Origin: Micromonospora sp. NBC_01699
Lineage (GTDB): Bacteria > Actinomycetota > Actinomycetes > Mycobacteriales > Micromonosporaceae
Direction of reading: 5' to 3'
DNA: 64,000 bases
Assembly: GCF_036250065.1 (NCBI RefSeq)
Contig: NZ_CP109199.1
Location: 7,812,083-7,876,082, forward strand
The notes beneath the pieces were generated by a model. It made no database searches and was not told the DNA's origin. It worked only from the letters and a program-made list of their open reading frames with translations. Of this stretch, positions 1 to 11,933 are shown one piece after another. The position numbers and the translations under genes are program-made. How positions within the stretch are numbered: the first letter of the stretch is position 1; every line of letters begins with the position of its first letter.

Positions 1-855
1 GATCGCGACCCGGGTCGAGTAGACGTTGCGGCCGGCGATCGTCGTGTCCGGGCGGGCGATGTAGACGTATTCGAACAGGCAGCCCTTGGGCTCCGGTACG
101 GCGAACCGGGCCGAACGCAGGCCGTGCTCGTCGATCGCGATCAGCTCACCGGGCTCCACCTCGCGGACCACGCTGGCCCCGACGATGTCGAGCGCGGCGG
201 TCTCACTGGCGACCACCCAGCCGCGTTCCATCCGGCCGAGCACGAGCGGGCGTACGCCGTGCGGGTCGCGGGCGGCGTATAGGGTGCTCTCGTCCATGAA
301 CACGAAGCTGAACGCGCCGCGCAGCATCGGCAGCACCTCCAGCGCGGCGGCCTCGACCGAGAGGTCCGGGCGGCTGGCCAGCAGCGCGGTGACCAGGGCG
401 GTGTCCGAGGTCGAACCGTCGGAGTCCATGCCGCGTGCGGCCGACTCCTTGGCCAGCTCGGCGGTGTTGACCAGGTTGCCGTTGTGCGCCAGCGCGATCG
501 TGGTGCCGGCGGTGTTGGCCCGGATCGTCGGCTGGGCGTTCTCCCAGGTCGAACCGCCGGTGGTCGAGTAGCGGGCGTGCCCGATCGCGAGGTGTCCGCG
601 CAGGCTGGCCAGGGTGGGCTCGTCGAAGACCTGGGCAACCAGGCCGAGGTCCTTGTAGACCACGACACCCGAGCCGTCGCTGACGGCGATCCCCGCCGCC
701 TCCTGGCCACGGTGCTGGAGAGCGTAGAGACCGAAGTAGGTCAGCTTCGCGACCTCTTCACCCGGCGCCCACACTCCGAACACGCCGCAGGCGTCTTGCG
801 GGCCGGGCCGTTCGGGGTCGAGTTCGTGGCTCAACCGGCCGTCGCCTCGGGGCAC
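1..855 (-). CDS. purF: Amidophosphoribosyltransferase (PurF), N-terminal 285 codons; the gene continues past the window start
   Basis: My own translation of the minus strand (this frame is not in the ORF track) gives VPRGDGRLSHELDPERPGPQDACGVFGVWAPGE...HARYSTTGGSTWENAQP...AHNGNLVN. This is the class-II glutamine amidotransferase N-terminal nucleophile domain with the catalytic Cys after GTG at 853-855. Confidence 0.8.
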   Translation of the reverse strand, partial: MPRGDGRLSHELDPERPGPQDACGVFGVWAPGEEVAKLTYFGLYALQHRGQEAAGIAVSDGSGVVVYKDLGLVAQVFDEPTLASLRGHLAIGHARYSTTGGSTWENAQPTIRANTAGTTIALAHNGNLVNTAELAKESAARGMDSDGSTSDTALVTALLASRPDLSVEAAALEVLPMLRGAFSFVFMDESTLYAARDPHGVRPLVLGRMERGWVVASETAALDIVGASVVREVEPGELIAIDEHGLRSARFAVPEPKGCLFEYVYIARPDTTIAGRNVYSTRVAI

Positions 856-1025
856 GTGCCGCTCCTCAAACTGAAGGCTGATCTGCTCTATGCGGATCTG
901 CTCGGACTCGCCTTGCGCGCGGGAATTTGGAAGTTCCGTCGCCGAACAGTGTACGCGAGCCGGAGACAATACAGAAAGTCACCTCGTGGCTCCTCGCTGT
1001 GATGACCGATTAGCGCAGAATTGAG

Positions 1026-1382
1026 TTATTCGAGTGGCACATAGGCAGATATGTCCGCGCGATTCCCACTGGCCCTGACCCGTCCGGCCGCGACCGCGTC
1101 GGCCCATCCCAGCCGACCGGTTGCCAGCAGAATCCAGGTCACCGGATCCAGTTCCACCACGTTCGGCGGCGTACCCCTGGTGTGTCGCGGCCCGGCACCA
1201 CACTGAACCGCGCCGTAAGGTGGAACCCGCACCTCCACCGAACGGCCAGGTGCGCGCCGGGCCAGCTCCGCGAGGAGCGCGCGGACCGCGTCCCGAAGCA
1301 GCTCCCGCTGCGGGGTACGACCAGCGTCGAGTTCCGCGACCGCTGCCACCACCACCGAGGACTTACTGTACGGAGAGGACAC
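1026..1382 (-). CDS. SCP2/SCP_3-like sterol-carrier family protein (small conserved actinobacterial protein)
   Basis: The 118-aa ORF has the C-terminal motif [17 protein letters not shown] typical of bacterial SCP orthologues. It sits between purF and a divergent membrane-protein gene. Confidence 0.5.
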   Translation of the reverse strand: MSSPYSKSSVVVAAVAELDAGRTPQRELLRDAVRALLAELARRAPGRSVEVRVPPYGAVQCGAGPRHTRGTPPNVVELDPVTWILLATGRLGWADAVAAGRVRASGNRADISAYVPLE

Positions 1383-1540
1383 GACGGGACGATACGACCT
1401 GCCGTCGTATCAATTGACGCTGCCCCTGGGTCGCGCGAGTCCACTCGAACAAGGCATAGTTGCCGACGGTGTACTCGTACGGTATTGAACCCTGGCCGGA
1501 ATTGAGTCGGTCGGAGAAGCCAGACCGGAAGGCGGTGGAC

Positions 1541-3859
1541 GTGACAACACACCGACATGCCTGGAAGCGACGGGCCGGTGTGGTCGTGGCGCTGGCAGCC
1601 AGTGCCCTGCTCGCTCTCCCCTCGGCACCAGCTCTCGCTGCACCTCCGGACCTTGAGGTCGCAAATTCGGCCACGGTCTCGGCCGGCAGCGACACGACCG
1701 TCAGCGTCCGTGTCAAGACCGACGCCGACATCACGGTAGAGATCAGCGTCACCGGATTGCCACCGGGTGTCACCTGCACCGGCGGTTGCGGCAGGGTGAC
1801 CGTGGTACCGGGTACACAGAAGTCCATCGCGCTAACCCTCAAGGCCAGCGACAACGCTGCTGCCGCCAACGCGACCTCGGTCACGGTGCGGGCCACGGGC
1901 CAGCCATCCGACGACGTCGCCACCAAGGACTTCTCGCTCACCGTCAAGGCCGCGCAGCAGCCGCCGCAGCCCACGCAGCCGGCGGCGACGCCCACGGTCA
2001 AGGAGATCTCCGGGCGGGTCACCGACGCCAACAACACCCCGGTGCCGAACGCCTCGGTCGTCCTGCTCGACTCGGGGGGTCACAGCTACGACGCCACCAC
2101 GAGCACCAGTGGCAGCTTCAAGTTCGTCGGCACCGCCGGCGCCCCGATCACCCCGGGGCAGATCGACCTCGGCGCCAGCCTGAACGACACGATCCAGAAG
2201 AAGCGGATCACGGCTGCCGCCAACCAGACCCTGACCAACCAGCGCATCGTGCTGGCGCTCACCGCCGATGCCTCACCGTCCGCCACCCCGGAGGCCCTGC
2301 CCAGCGACGAGGCGTTGCCGACCGAGGAAGGCGCACCGGCGGCGGACGGCAGCAACGCACCGGGGCAGCAGGCGACGTCGGAAACCGGCTCCGGCGGCGG
2401 GCTCGGCTCCTGGATGCTGATCATCGTCGGTGGCCTGCTGGTCGCCCTCGGCGTCGGCGCCATCGTGCTGCTCTGGATGCGGCGCAAGGAGAACGCGGAC
2501 GACGACGAGGACGGCCCGAGCGGCGCCCGGTCCTCGGCCGCCGCCGGTGCCGGCCAGTACGGCGGGGCCGACCAGACCCGGGTCACGAACCGCGCCGGCA
2601 TGGGGCACGACGCCACCGCGATCAACCGGAGCACCTCGCTCGCCGACGCGCCGACCATGATGCACAGCCGGCCGCTGGTGGACGACGAGTTCCCGGACCC
2701 GTACGGCGCACCGCTGCCGTCCCAGCAGCCACAGGGGTCGGCCTACGGTGCCGCGGGACAGGGCGCCGGCTACGGCTACGGCGGCGCCCCGCAGGGCAAT
2801 AACGAGTACGGTGCCGGCGCAGCCGGTGGCTACGGCAACGCACCGGGCGCCGGTGGCTACGGCAACGCACCCGCCTCCGGCGCTGGTTACGGCAACGCAC
2901 CCGCCTCGGGCGCCGGCTACGGCAACGCACCGGGTTCGGGTGCCGGTTACGGCAACGCACCCGCCTCCGGTGCGGGTGGCTACGGTGCCCCGGCCAACGG
3001 CTACGGCGCCGCTCCCGGTGCCGACTACGGCAACGCACCCGGCTCCGGGGCCGGCGGCTACGGCGCTGCGCCGGGCGCCGGTGGTTACGGCAACACACCC
3101 GGCTCGGACGCCGGTTACGGCAACGCACCCGGCTCGGGCGCGGACGGCTACGGCAGTGCGCCGGGATCCGGTGCCGGCGGCTATGGCGGCGGCAACTACG
3201 GCGGCGAGCAGCCCGGCGCGGGGTACCCCCCGGCGCCCGGTGCGTACCCGCCGGCCGGTCCGGGCGCTGGCCCGTACCCGCCCACCCCGGCTCCGGGTGG
3301 CAGGTACGACGAGCCCACCGGCCGCTACGACGGCCCCAGTGCCGGCGGCAGCGAGTACGCCCCACCGGCCGACCCGTACGCCCAGGGCGGCGGTTCCTAC
3401 GGTGCCGGCGGCGCCGACGGCACCCGCGCGTACGGCGCCGACCAGCAGCCGTACGGCGGTCAGGGCGGTCAGGGCTACGGGCAGCAGGGCGGCGGCGGTG
3501 CGTACGGTGCGCCGAGCGCGGGCGCCGGTTACGACCAGCAGCAGGGCGCGGGCGGCTACGGCGCCGCTGGCGGCGGGTACGGTGACCAGCCCGGTTACGG
3601 TGCCGGTCCGGCAGCGGGCAGCTACGACCAGCCCCAGGCCGGTGGTTACGACCAGCGCGGTGGCTACGACCAGCGGGGCGGCCCCGACCAGCGCGGCGGT
3701 TACGACGACCGAGGCGGCTACGACCAGCAGCAGGGCGGCGGCTACTACGACGAGTCGGCGCAGGGCGGCGGGCACGGCGGCGGCCGGGGCGGCGCGGGCG
3801 GACCGCAGCAACCGAACCGTGGCGGCGAGCGCCGTTCACTGGACTGGCTGGACGACTGA
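1541..3859 (+). CDS. Single-pass membrane protein. It has a signal peptide, an extracellular carboxypeptidase-regulatory-like beta-sandwich, one TM helix and a roughly 450-aa Gly/Tyr/Ala/Pro-rich disordered cytoplasmic tail with GYGNAPxSGA and GGYDQR repeats.
   Basis: The ORF is 1460..3859. The likely start is GTG 1541, located 8 nt after GGAAGG, with a positively charged n-region then VVVALAASALLALPSAPALA. A TM helix is at WMLIIVGGLLVALGVGAIVLLW. The tail is low-complexity with DNA-level 30-bp tandem repeats. Confidence 0.6.
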   Translation: MTTHRHAWKRRAGVVVALAASALLALPSAPALAAPPDLEVANSATVSAGSDTTVSVRVKTDADITVEISVTGLPPGVTCTGGCGRVTVVPGTQKSIALTLKASDNAAAANATSVTVRATGQPSDDVATKDFSLTVKAAQQPPQPTQPAATPTVKEISGRVTDANNTPVPNASVVLLDSGGHSYDATTSTSGSFKFVGTAGAPITPGQIDLGASLNDTIQKKRITAAANQTLTNQRIVLALTADASPSATPEALPSDEALPTEEGAPAADGSNAPGQQATSETGSGGGLGSWMLIIVGGLLVALGVGAIVLLWMRRKENADDDEDGPSGARSSAAAGAGQYGGADQTRVTNRAGMGHDATAINRSTSLADAPTMMHSRPLVDDEFPDPYGAPLPSQQPQGSAYGAAGQGAGYGYGGAPQGNNEYGAGAAGGYGNAPGAGGYGNAPASGAGYGNAPASGAGYGNAPGSGAGYGNAPASGAGGYGAPANGYGAAPGADYGNAPGSGAGGYGAAPGAGGYGNTPGSDAGYGNAPGSGADGYGSAPGSGAGGYGGGNYGGEQPGAGYPPAPGAYPPAGPGAGPYPPTPAPGGRYDEPTGRYDGPSAGGSEYAPPADPYAQGGGSYGAGGADGTRAYGADQQPYGGQGGQGYGQQGGGGAYGAPSAGAGYDQQQGAGGYGAAGGGYGDQPGYGAGPAAGSYDQPQAGGYDQRGGYDQRGGPDQRGGYDDRGGYDQQQGGGYYDESAQGGGHGGGRGGAGGPQQPNRGGERRSLDWLDD

Positions 3860-4025
3860 CCTGGTCTCGCTGGAAGACTGACACATCCGGGCTGGTCGGG
3901 AAGCACTTCCCGACCAGCCCGATCAGTCTGTACCGCTCGGTCGACAGCCACGGAACGTTCGAAACTACCGCTAACCGCCCGGCCGACACGGGCAGAATTC
4001 AGGCCCGGCGAACACGTGCCGGGAC

Positions 4026-4788
4026 TCAGGCGGCGGCCGCGAAGACCCCGTCCCGGAGCAGCGGCACCACGTTGGAGACTCCGAACTCGACGGCGATCTC
4101 CACGTCCTCGCCGAAGCCCCGGTAGATCAACTCGCGGCCGGAGACGCAGCCCCGGATCGCCGCCGGCAGGTCGGGCACACCGCTCAGCGCCGCCAGTGCC
4201 ACCGCCGCCTCCACCGACAGTCCACCGGCAACGGTGACGAGCCCATCGAGGACGGCGGACGCTCCGAGGTGGTCCTCCACGCCGGGGCGGACCGTGCCGT
4301 CCGGCCAACGCTCACCGGCGGCGACCACCCCGATCGGCGCCTGCGCGGTGCCGTACCCCTCGTTGACCAGCCAGCGCGCGACGGCGGGTGCGTTGCGGAG
4401 ACAGGCCGCCACCACCGGCATTCCGGTGGCGCTGGCGGCGGCGCAGATCGCGGAACCGTTCGGTGACGGCAGTACGAGATCGGGCACGACCGGCGCGGTA
4501 CGCAGCGCCGCCGGCGACAACGACCACGGCTGTTCCGGGGTGACCGCACCTCGTCCGACCGCCGCGACGGCGCCGACCCGGCGGGCGTACTCGGCCGCCT
4601 GGGCGCCCCAGGGGAACGGGTGCACCCTGATTCCCCGGCTGACCGCCACCTCCACCGAGGTGGTGAAGGAGAGTACGTCGACCACGACCAGGGCGACACA
4701 GACCCGGCCGAGTTCGGCGGCACCGCCCAGCCCCCAGTCGAACCGTGCCCCGGATCCTGGTTGGGCGTAGACGGTGCCGACCAACGCC

Positions 4789-4796
<8 letters not shown>
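4026..4796 (-). CDS. 2-phosphosulfolactate phosphatase (ComB) family protein
   Basis: The C-terminal 255 aa of ORF 4026..5033 align to the ComB family, starting [23 protein letters not shown]. The likely GTG start at 4796 overlaps the purL stop by 8 nt. The upstream part of the ORF lies in the purL frame overlap and is spurious. Confidence 0.6.
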
Positions 4797-7562
<2,766 letters not shown>

Positions 7563-7566
<4 letters not shown>

Positions 7567-8246
7567 GCCGGCACTCCCGCGAGGTGCTTGAGGACTGAGG
7601 TGAAGAAGCCGAGACCGTCGAGCGAGGGGCCGGTCAACGCCTCCACGGCGTGCTCCGGGTGCGGCATGATGCCGACCACGTTGCCCGCCTCGTTGGTGAT
7701 CGCGGCGATGTCGCGCTCCGAGCCGTTCGGGTTGCCTCGCTGGTAGCGGGCGACCACCCGGCCCTCGGCCTCAAGCTGGTCGAGGACGTGACGGTCGGCG
7801 ACGTACCGGCCCTCGCCGTTCTTGACCGGGATGAGCACGTCCTGCTCGGGCTGGAAGGTGTTGGTCCAGGCGGTCTTGACCGCCTCGATCCGCAGCCACT
7901 GGTCCCGGTTACGGAAGTGCAGATGCTTGTTGCGGGTCAGCGCGCCGGGAAGCAGGTGCGCCTCGCAGAGGATCTGGAAGCCGTTGCAGATGCCAAGCAC
8001 CGGCATGCCCTCGCGGGCGGCATCGATCAGGGATCCCATCACCGGGGCGAACCGGGCGATGGCGCCGCAACGCAGGTAGTCGCCGTAGGAGAAGCCGCCG
8101 GGCAGCACCACCGCGTCGACCTGGTGCAGGTCGGGGTCGTCGTGCCAGAGCCGGACCACGTCCGCCCCGGCGATGCGTGCCGCGCGGGCGGCATCGCCGT
8201 CATCCAGTGACCCGGGGAAGGTCACCACACCGATCCGGGCCGTCAC
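7563..8246 (-). CDS. purQ: Phosphoribosylformylglycinamidine synthase subunit PurQ (glutaminase)
   Basis: 227 aa with a class-I glutamine amidotransferase triad (LGICNGFQ...HPE). It overlaps purS and purL by 4 nt each. Confidence 0.9.
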
Positions 8247-8497
8247 CGATGTTCATCCTCGGCATCGGCCAGCCGGATCGAGAAGTCCTCGATCACGGGG
8301 TTGGCCAGCAGCTTGTCCGCGATCTCCCGAGCCCGATCAAGGTCGGGCTCACCGGCGAACTCAATCTCGATGCGCCGACCGATGCGCACCGAGGAGACGT
8401 CGCCGACGCCCAGGCGAGGCAGCGCGTTTGCGACGGCCTGGCCCTGAGGATCGAGAATCTCCGGCTTGAGCATGACGTCGACGACGACGCGAGGCAC
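8243..8497 (-). CDS. purS: Phosphoribosylformylglycinamidine synthase subunit PurS
   Basis: 84 aa ([22 protein letters not shown]...), the typical PurS size and sequence. It is first in the purSQL operon. Confidence 0.85.
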   Translation of the reverse strand: MPRVVVDVMLKPEILDPQGQAVANALPRLGVGDVSSVRIGRRIEIEFAGEPDLDRAREIADKLLANPVIEDFSIRLADAEDEHR

Positions 8498-8907
8498 TGG
8501 GCACTCCTGACTGTGTACGCAGTTGGGTGCCGGCCCATAGGGGCGAGCGGGGCTAGCCTACCTGGCAGAGCGCTCGCCCGACGCACCGGCCGCCCTGTGG
8601 ACAACCCTGTGGAAAATCGCACACTCGCCGCCCACCGGCGTGATCGCGACCACCTGGCCGGGGCACCCGTGGGCGTACCGATGATGATCTTCCTTGACTC
8701 CGGCGGTCCGGACGGCGGGATCGTATCGGGCGGGCTCGATTTGACTCTTGTGGATGGACGACGAACGTCCTAGCGTGTGGCGTCGAACGTCTGGTTCGTC
8801 ACACCAAACGTTTGATCTTCAAACCCGTACGGCGGACACCCAACCGCCGTCGGTGGCTCAGCCCGACCCGGAAACCCCGGGTGCCGCCCCCCGGAAGGAG
8901 CCCCTTC

Positions 8908-9588
8908 ATGCGCATCCGCCTCACCCTGGTGACGGTCGCCACCGCGCTGGTCGGTGCGTTCGTCGCCCCCTCCGCCGCCGCCGCGAACGACGTCACCCCG
9001 CTGATCATCGGCGGCGGTACGGTTTCGTCCGCCCCGTGGGCCGCCGCCGTCTTCAGCAACGGCTCGTTCACCTGCTCCGGCACCATCATCGCGTCCCGCT
9101 GGGTGCTCACCGCCCGGCACTGCGTCAGCGGCACGATGTCGGTTCGGGTCGGCAGCGTCAACCGGACCTCCGGCGGCGTCACCAGCGGCGTCTCGTCGTC
9201 CTCCAGCCGCTACGACCTCGCCCTGCTCCAGCTCTCGACCGCGATCAGCACCTCGTACGCGCCGCTGTCCAGCGCCTACCCGCCGGTCAACTCGACGAAC
9301 TCGATCTACGGCTGGGGCATGACCTGCTACGAGGGCTGCGGCGCCTCGACCACGCTCAAGACCGCCAACGTCCGGGTCACCAGCACCAACGTGACCGACG
9401 CGTACGGCGGCCGGGCGATCCGGAGCACCCGGGTCAACGGCAACGCCTGGCGCGGTGACTCCGGCGGGCCGGAGTTCTACAACGGTGCCCAGGTCGGCGT
9501 CGCCTCCACCGCCGACGGCGCGAACATCCAGAACTACGGCAGCGTGGCCTACAACCGGTCCTGGATCACCTCCGTGGCCGGGGTCTAG
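8908..9588 (+). CDS. Secreted trypsin-like (S1 family) serine protease
   Basis: ATG 8908 is preceded by GGAAGGAG. The signal peptide is MRIRLTLVTVATALVGAFVAPSAAAA. The catalytic motifs TARHC (His) and GDSGGP (Ser) are present. The track ORF 8812..9588 is longer. Confidence 0.8.
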   Translation: MRIRLTLVTVATALVGAFVAPSAAAANDVTPLIIGGGTVSSAPWAAAVFSNGSFTCSGTIIASRWVLTARHCVSGTMSVRVGSVNRTSGGVTSGVSSSSSRYDLALLQLSTAISTSYAPLSSAYPPVNSTNSIYGWGMTCYEGCGASTTLKTANVRVTSTNVTDAYGGRAIRSTRVNGNAWRGDSGGPEFYNGAQVGVASTADGANIQNYGSVAYNRSWITSVAGV

Positions 9589-9604
9589 TCCTCCTCAGGG
9601 GTAC

Positions 9605-9653
9605 GGCGCGGACGTTCCGGATCACCCCGGCCGTCCGCGCCGCGCTGTTTCAC
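9605..9653 (+). terminator. Candidate intrinsic terminator downstream of the S1 protease gene
   Basis: A 10-bp GC-rich inverted repeat (GGCGCGGACG ... CGTCCGCGCC) is followed by GCGCTGTTTCAC. Confidence 0.45.
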
Positions 9654-9780
9654 CCGCTCGCGGCGACGTTCGCGCCGCCCGCGCCAAACGGGTACGCGAC
9701 GCGCATTGCACCCTCCGCACGAGGTTACGGGCCGTTGCACGCTCCGCACGCCGTTCTACCGGCGCGCGCGGTTTTGCAGC

Positions 9781-10305
9781 ATGAGCCGACGTGAACAGGC
9801 CTCACAATTGCCGCCACCCCGGCTCTGCCAGCATCAACACGTGCTGGTCGTGACGACGGATGTCCTTCCCGGGTACGAGATCCGCGCAGTCCTCGGCGAA
9901 GTAGTGTCATCGATGGCCCGAACCCGAAACCCGTACCGCGAAGGGGTGAAGAACCTCCGCGGTGGGGCATACGACCCGAAAGCACCGGAGAACCTCACCC
10001 GGTGGCGGACGGAGGCGGTGGCCAATCTGGGCGAAGAAGCCCGCCGGCTCGGCGCGAACGCCGTGATCGGCATGCGTTTCGACCATCGCGAGGTGGGCGA
10101 GATGTGGATGGAACTCTGCGCGTACGGCACGGCCGTGGTGATCCGCGAACAGCCGCGTACACCGCTGCCGGACGAGCCGCTGTTCGCGGCCGACCTGGCC
10201 CACAGCGCGGAGATCCTGCCCGGTCCGATCGGAGTCTCGGAGCCGCCCAGCGCGCCCGACCTGCGCAGTGCGGCAGAGACCCCGACCCCTACCCCGGAGA
10301 CCTGA
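9781..10305 (+). CDS. YbjQ/UPF0145 (DUF74) family protein with a Pro-rich C-terminal tail
   Basis: Start ATG 9781 (MSRREQ...). The core is HVLVVTTDVLPGYEIRAVLGEVVSSMARTRNPYREG...ANAVIGMRFDHREVGEMWMELCAYGTAVVI. Confidence 0.6.
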   Translation: MSRREQASQLPPPRLCQHQHVLVVTTDVLPGYEIRAVLGEVVSSMARTRNPYREGVKNLRGGAYDPKAPENLTRWRTEAVANLGEEARRLGANAVIGMRFDHREVGEMWMELCAYGTAVVIREQPRTPLPDEPLFAADLAHSAEILPGPIGVSEPPSAPDLRSAAETPTPTPET

Positions 10306-10351
10306 CCGTTGCCGGTATCGGGCCAGCGGGCTGGCCCGATACCGGACCGCT

Positions 10352-11797
10352 CTAGAGGATCGGGGCGGGCTCGTACCCGGCCGCCTTCGGGTGCGTCGCG
10401 ACGACCTCGGCGACCCGGTCGGCGACCGCCCGTACCTGGGCCGATGCCGCACCGGCGAACGCGGACCGGTCCGCGACCAGCGTGTCGATCTCGGCCCGGC
10501 CCAGTCCGAGCCGGCCGTCGGTGGCGAGCCGGTCGAACAGGTCGTTCTCGGTCGTACCCTTCTCCCGCATGGCCAGCGCGACGGCGACCGCGTGCTCCTT
10601 GATCACCTCGTGGGCCACCTCCCGGCCCACGCCCCGGCGGACCGCCGCCACCAGCAGCTTCGTGGTCGCCAGGAACGGCAGGTAGCGGTCCAGCTCACGG
10701 GCGATCACGGCCGGGTACGCGCCGAACTCGTCGAGCACGGTCAGGAAGGTCTGGAACAGGCCGTCGGCGGCGAAGAAGGCGTCCGGCAACGCCACCCGGC
10801 GGACCACCGAGCAGGAGACGTCACCCTCGTTCCACTGGTCGCCGGCCAGCTCGCCGACCATCGACAGGTAACCCCGGATGACCACGGCGAGCCCGTTGAC
10901 CCGCTCGCTGGACCGGGTGTTCATCTTGTGCGGCATCGCGCTGGAGCCGACCTGGCCGGGGCGGAAGCCCTCGGTGACCAGCTCCTGGCCGACCATCAGC
11001 CGGATGGTGGTGGCCAGCGACGAGGGTGCCGCCGCGGTCTGGGCCAGCGCGGCCAGCACGTCGAAGTCGAGCGAGCGCGGGTAGACCTGGCCGACGCTGG
11101 ACAGGACCCGGCTGAAGCCGAGGTGCCCGGCGACCCGCCGTTCCAGCTCGGCCAGCCGCTCGTCGTCGCCGTCGAACAGGTCGAGCTGGTCGGCGGCGGT
11201 GCCGACCGGACCCTTGATGCCCCGCAGCGGGTACCGATTGATCAGGTCGTCCAGCCGCTCGTACGCGATCAGCAGTTCCTCGGCGGCCGACGCGAACCGC
11301 TTGCCCAGCGTGGTCGCCTGCGCCGCCACGTTGTGTGAGCGTCCGGTCATGACCAGGTCGGAGTGCTCGACCGCGAGCCGGGCGAGCCGGGCGAGGGTGG
11401 CGACCACCCGGTCCCGGATCAGCTCCAGCGAGGCCCGGATCTGCAACTGCTCGACGTTCTCGGTCAGGTCGCGGGAGGTCATGCCCTTGTGCACGTGCTC
11501 GTGCCCGGCCAGCGCGCTGAACTCCTCGATCCGCGCCTTGACGTCGTGCCGGGTGACCCGCTCACGGGCCGCGATCGACTCCAGGTCGACCTGGTCCAGC
11601 ACCCGCTCGTACGCCTCGACCACGCCGTCCGGCAGCGCCACACCGAGATCCCGCTGGGCCCGGAGTACGGCGAGCCAGAGCCGCCGCTCCATCCGGATCT
11701 TCTCCTCCGGCGACCAGAGCCGCACCAGCTCGGCCGAGGCATACCGCCCCGCAAGCACATTGGGAACCTGAACCCGACCCTGCCCGCTTACCGTCAC
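10352..11797 (-). CDS. purB: Adenylosuccinate lyase (PurB)
   Basis: VPNVLAGRYASAELVRLW...MTGRSHNVAAQATTLGKRFA, the fumarate-lyase signature. The track ORF extends to 11860 through a poly-G/C tract. The likely start is GTG at 11795-11797, 11 nt after GGAGG; TTG at about 11806 is an alternative. Confidence 0.85.
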   Translation of the reverse strand: MTVSGQGRVQVPNVLAGRYASAELVRLWSPEEKIRMERRLWLAVLRAQRDLGVALPDGVVEAYERVLDQVDLESIAARERVTRHDVKARIEEFSALAGHEHVHKGMTSRDLTENVEQLQIRASLELIRDRVVATLARLARLAVEHSDLVMTGRSHNVAAQATTLGKRFASAAEELLIAYERLDDLINRYPLRGIKGPVGTAADQLDLFDGDDERLAELERRVAGHLGFSRVLSSVGQVYPRSLDFDVLAALAQTAAAPSSLATTIRLMVGQELVTEGFRPGQVGSSAMPHKMNTRSSERVNGLAVVIRGYLSMVGELAGDQWNEGDVSCSVVRRVALPDAFFAADGLFQTFLTVLDEFGAYPAVIARELDRYLPFLATTKLLVAAVRRGVGREVAHEVIKEHAVAVALAMREKGTTENDLFDRLATDGRLGLGRAEIDTLVADRSAFAGAASAQVRAVADRVAEVVATHPKAAGYEPAPIL

Positions 11798-11865
11798 ACC
11801 CCCAATCCTCCCGCACCCACCCCCACCCCCCACCCCCACCCCGCTCCCACCCACCCCCACACTCG

Positions 11866-11926
11866 GTTGATCATGAAGTTAGCGACAAAATTCAGGCTCG
11901 AAATCGTCGCTAACTTCATGATCAAC
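11866..11926. repeat. Palindromic intergenic repeat element, copy 1 (18-bp terminal inverted repeats GTTGATCATGAAGTTAGC / GCTAACTTCATGATCAAC around an inner hairpin). A 60-bp C-rich tract is at 11800-11860.
   Basis: Read directly from the sequence. Identical termini occur at the four other loci listed as features. Confidence 0.85.
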
Positions 11927-11933
11927 GCGGTTT

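Noticed and set aside
2790-3200. CRISPR array suspected from regular 30-bp repeats (also at 15264-15416 and 39908-40015)
   Set aside because: The repeats are head-to-tail with no unique spacers of comparable length. Two arrays are in-frame inside CDSs encoding peptide repeats, and there are no cas genes nearby.
2273-3989. Long minus-strand ORFs (2273..3811, 2622..3989) and the plus-frame ORFs 1786..2802 and 2748..3881, all overlapping the membrane-protein gene
   Set aside because: These are Arg/Pro/Ala-rich translations of the antisense and off-frame of a GC-rich repeat region. They have no start context or motifs. The in-frame 1460..3859 ORF has a signal peptide, a domain, a TM helix and repeat structure.
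8498-8907. Possible purine or ZTP riboswitch upstream of purS
   Set aside because: I could not find the conserved pfl/ZTP or purine-riboswitch core sequences by eye in the purS leader. Only generic GC-rich stems are present. An Rfam scan would be needed.
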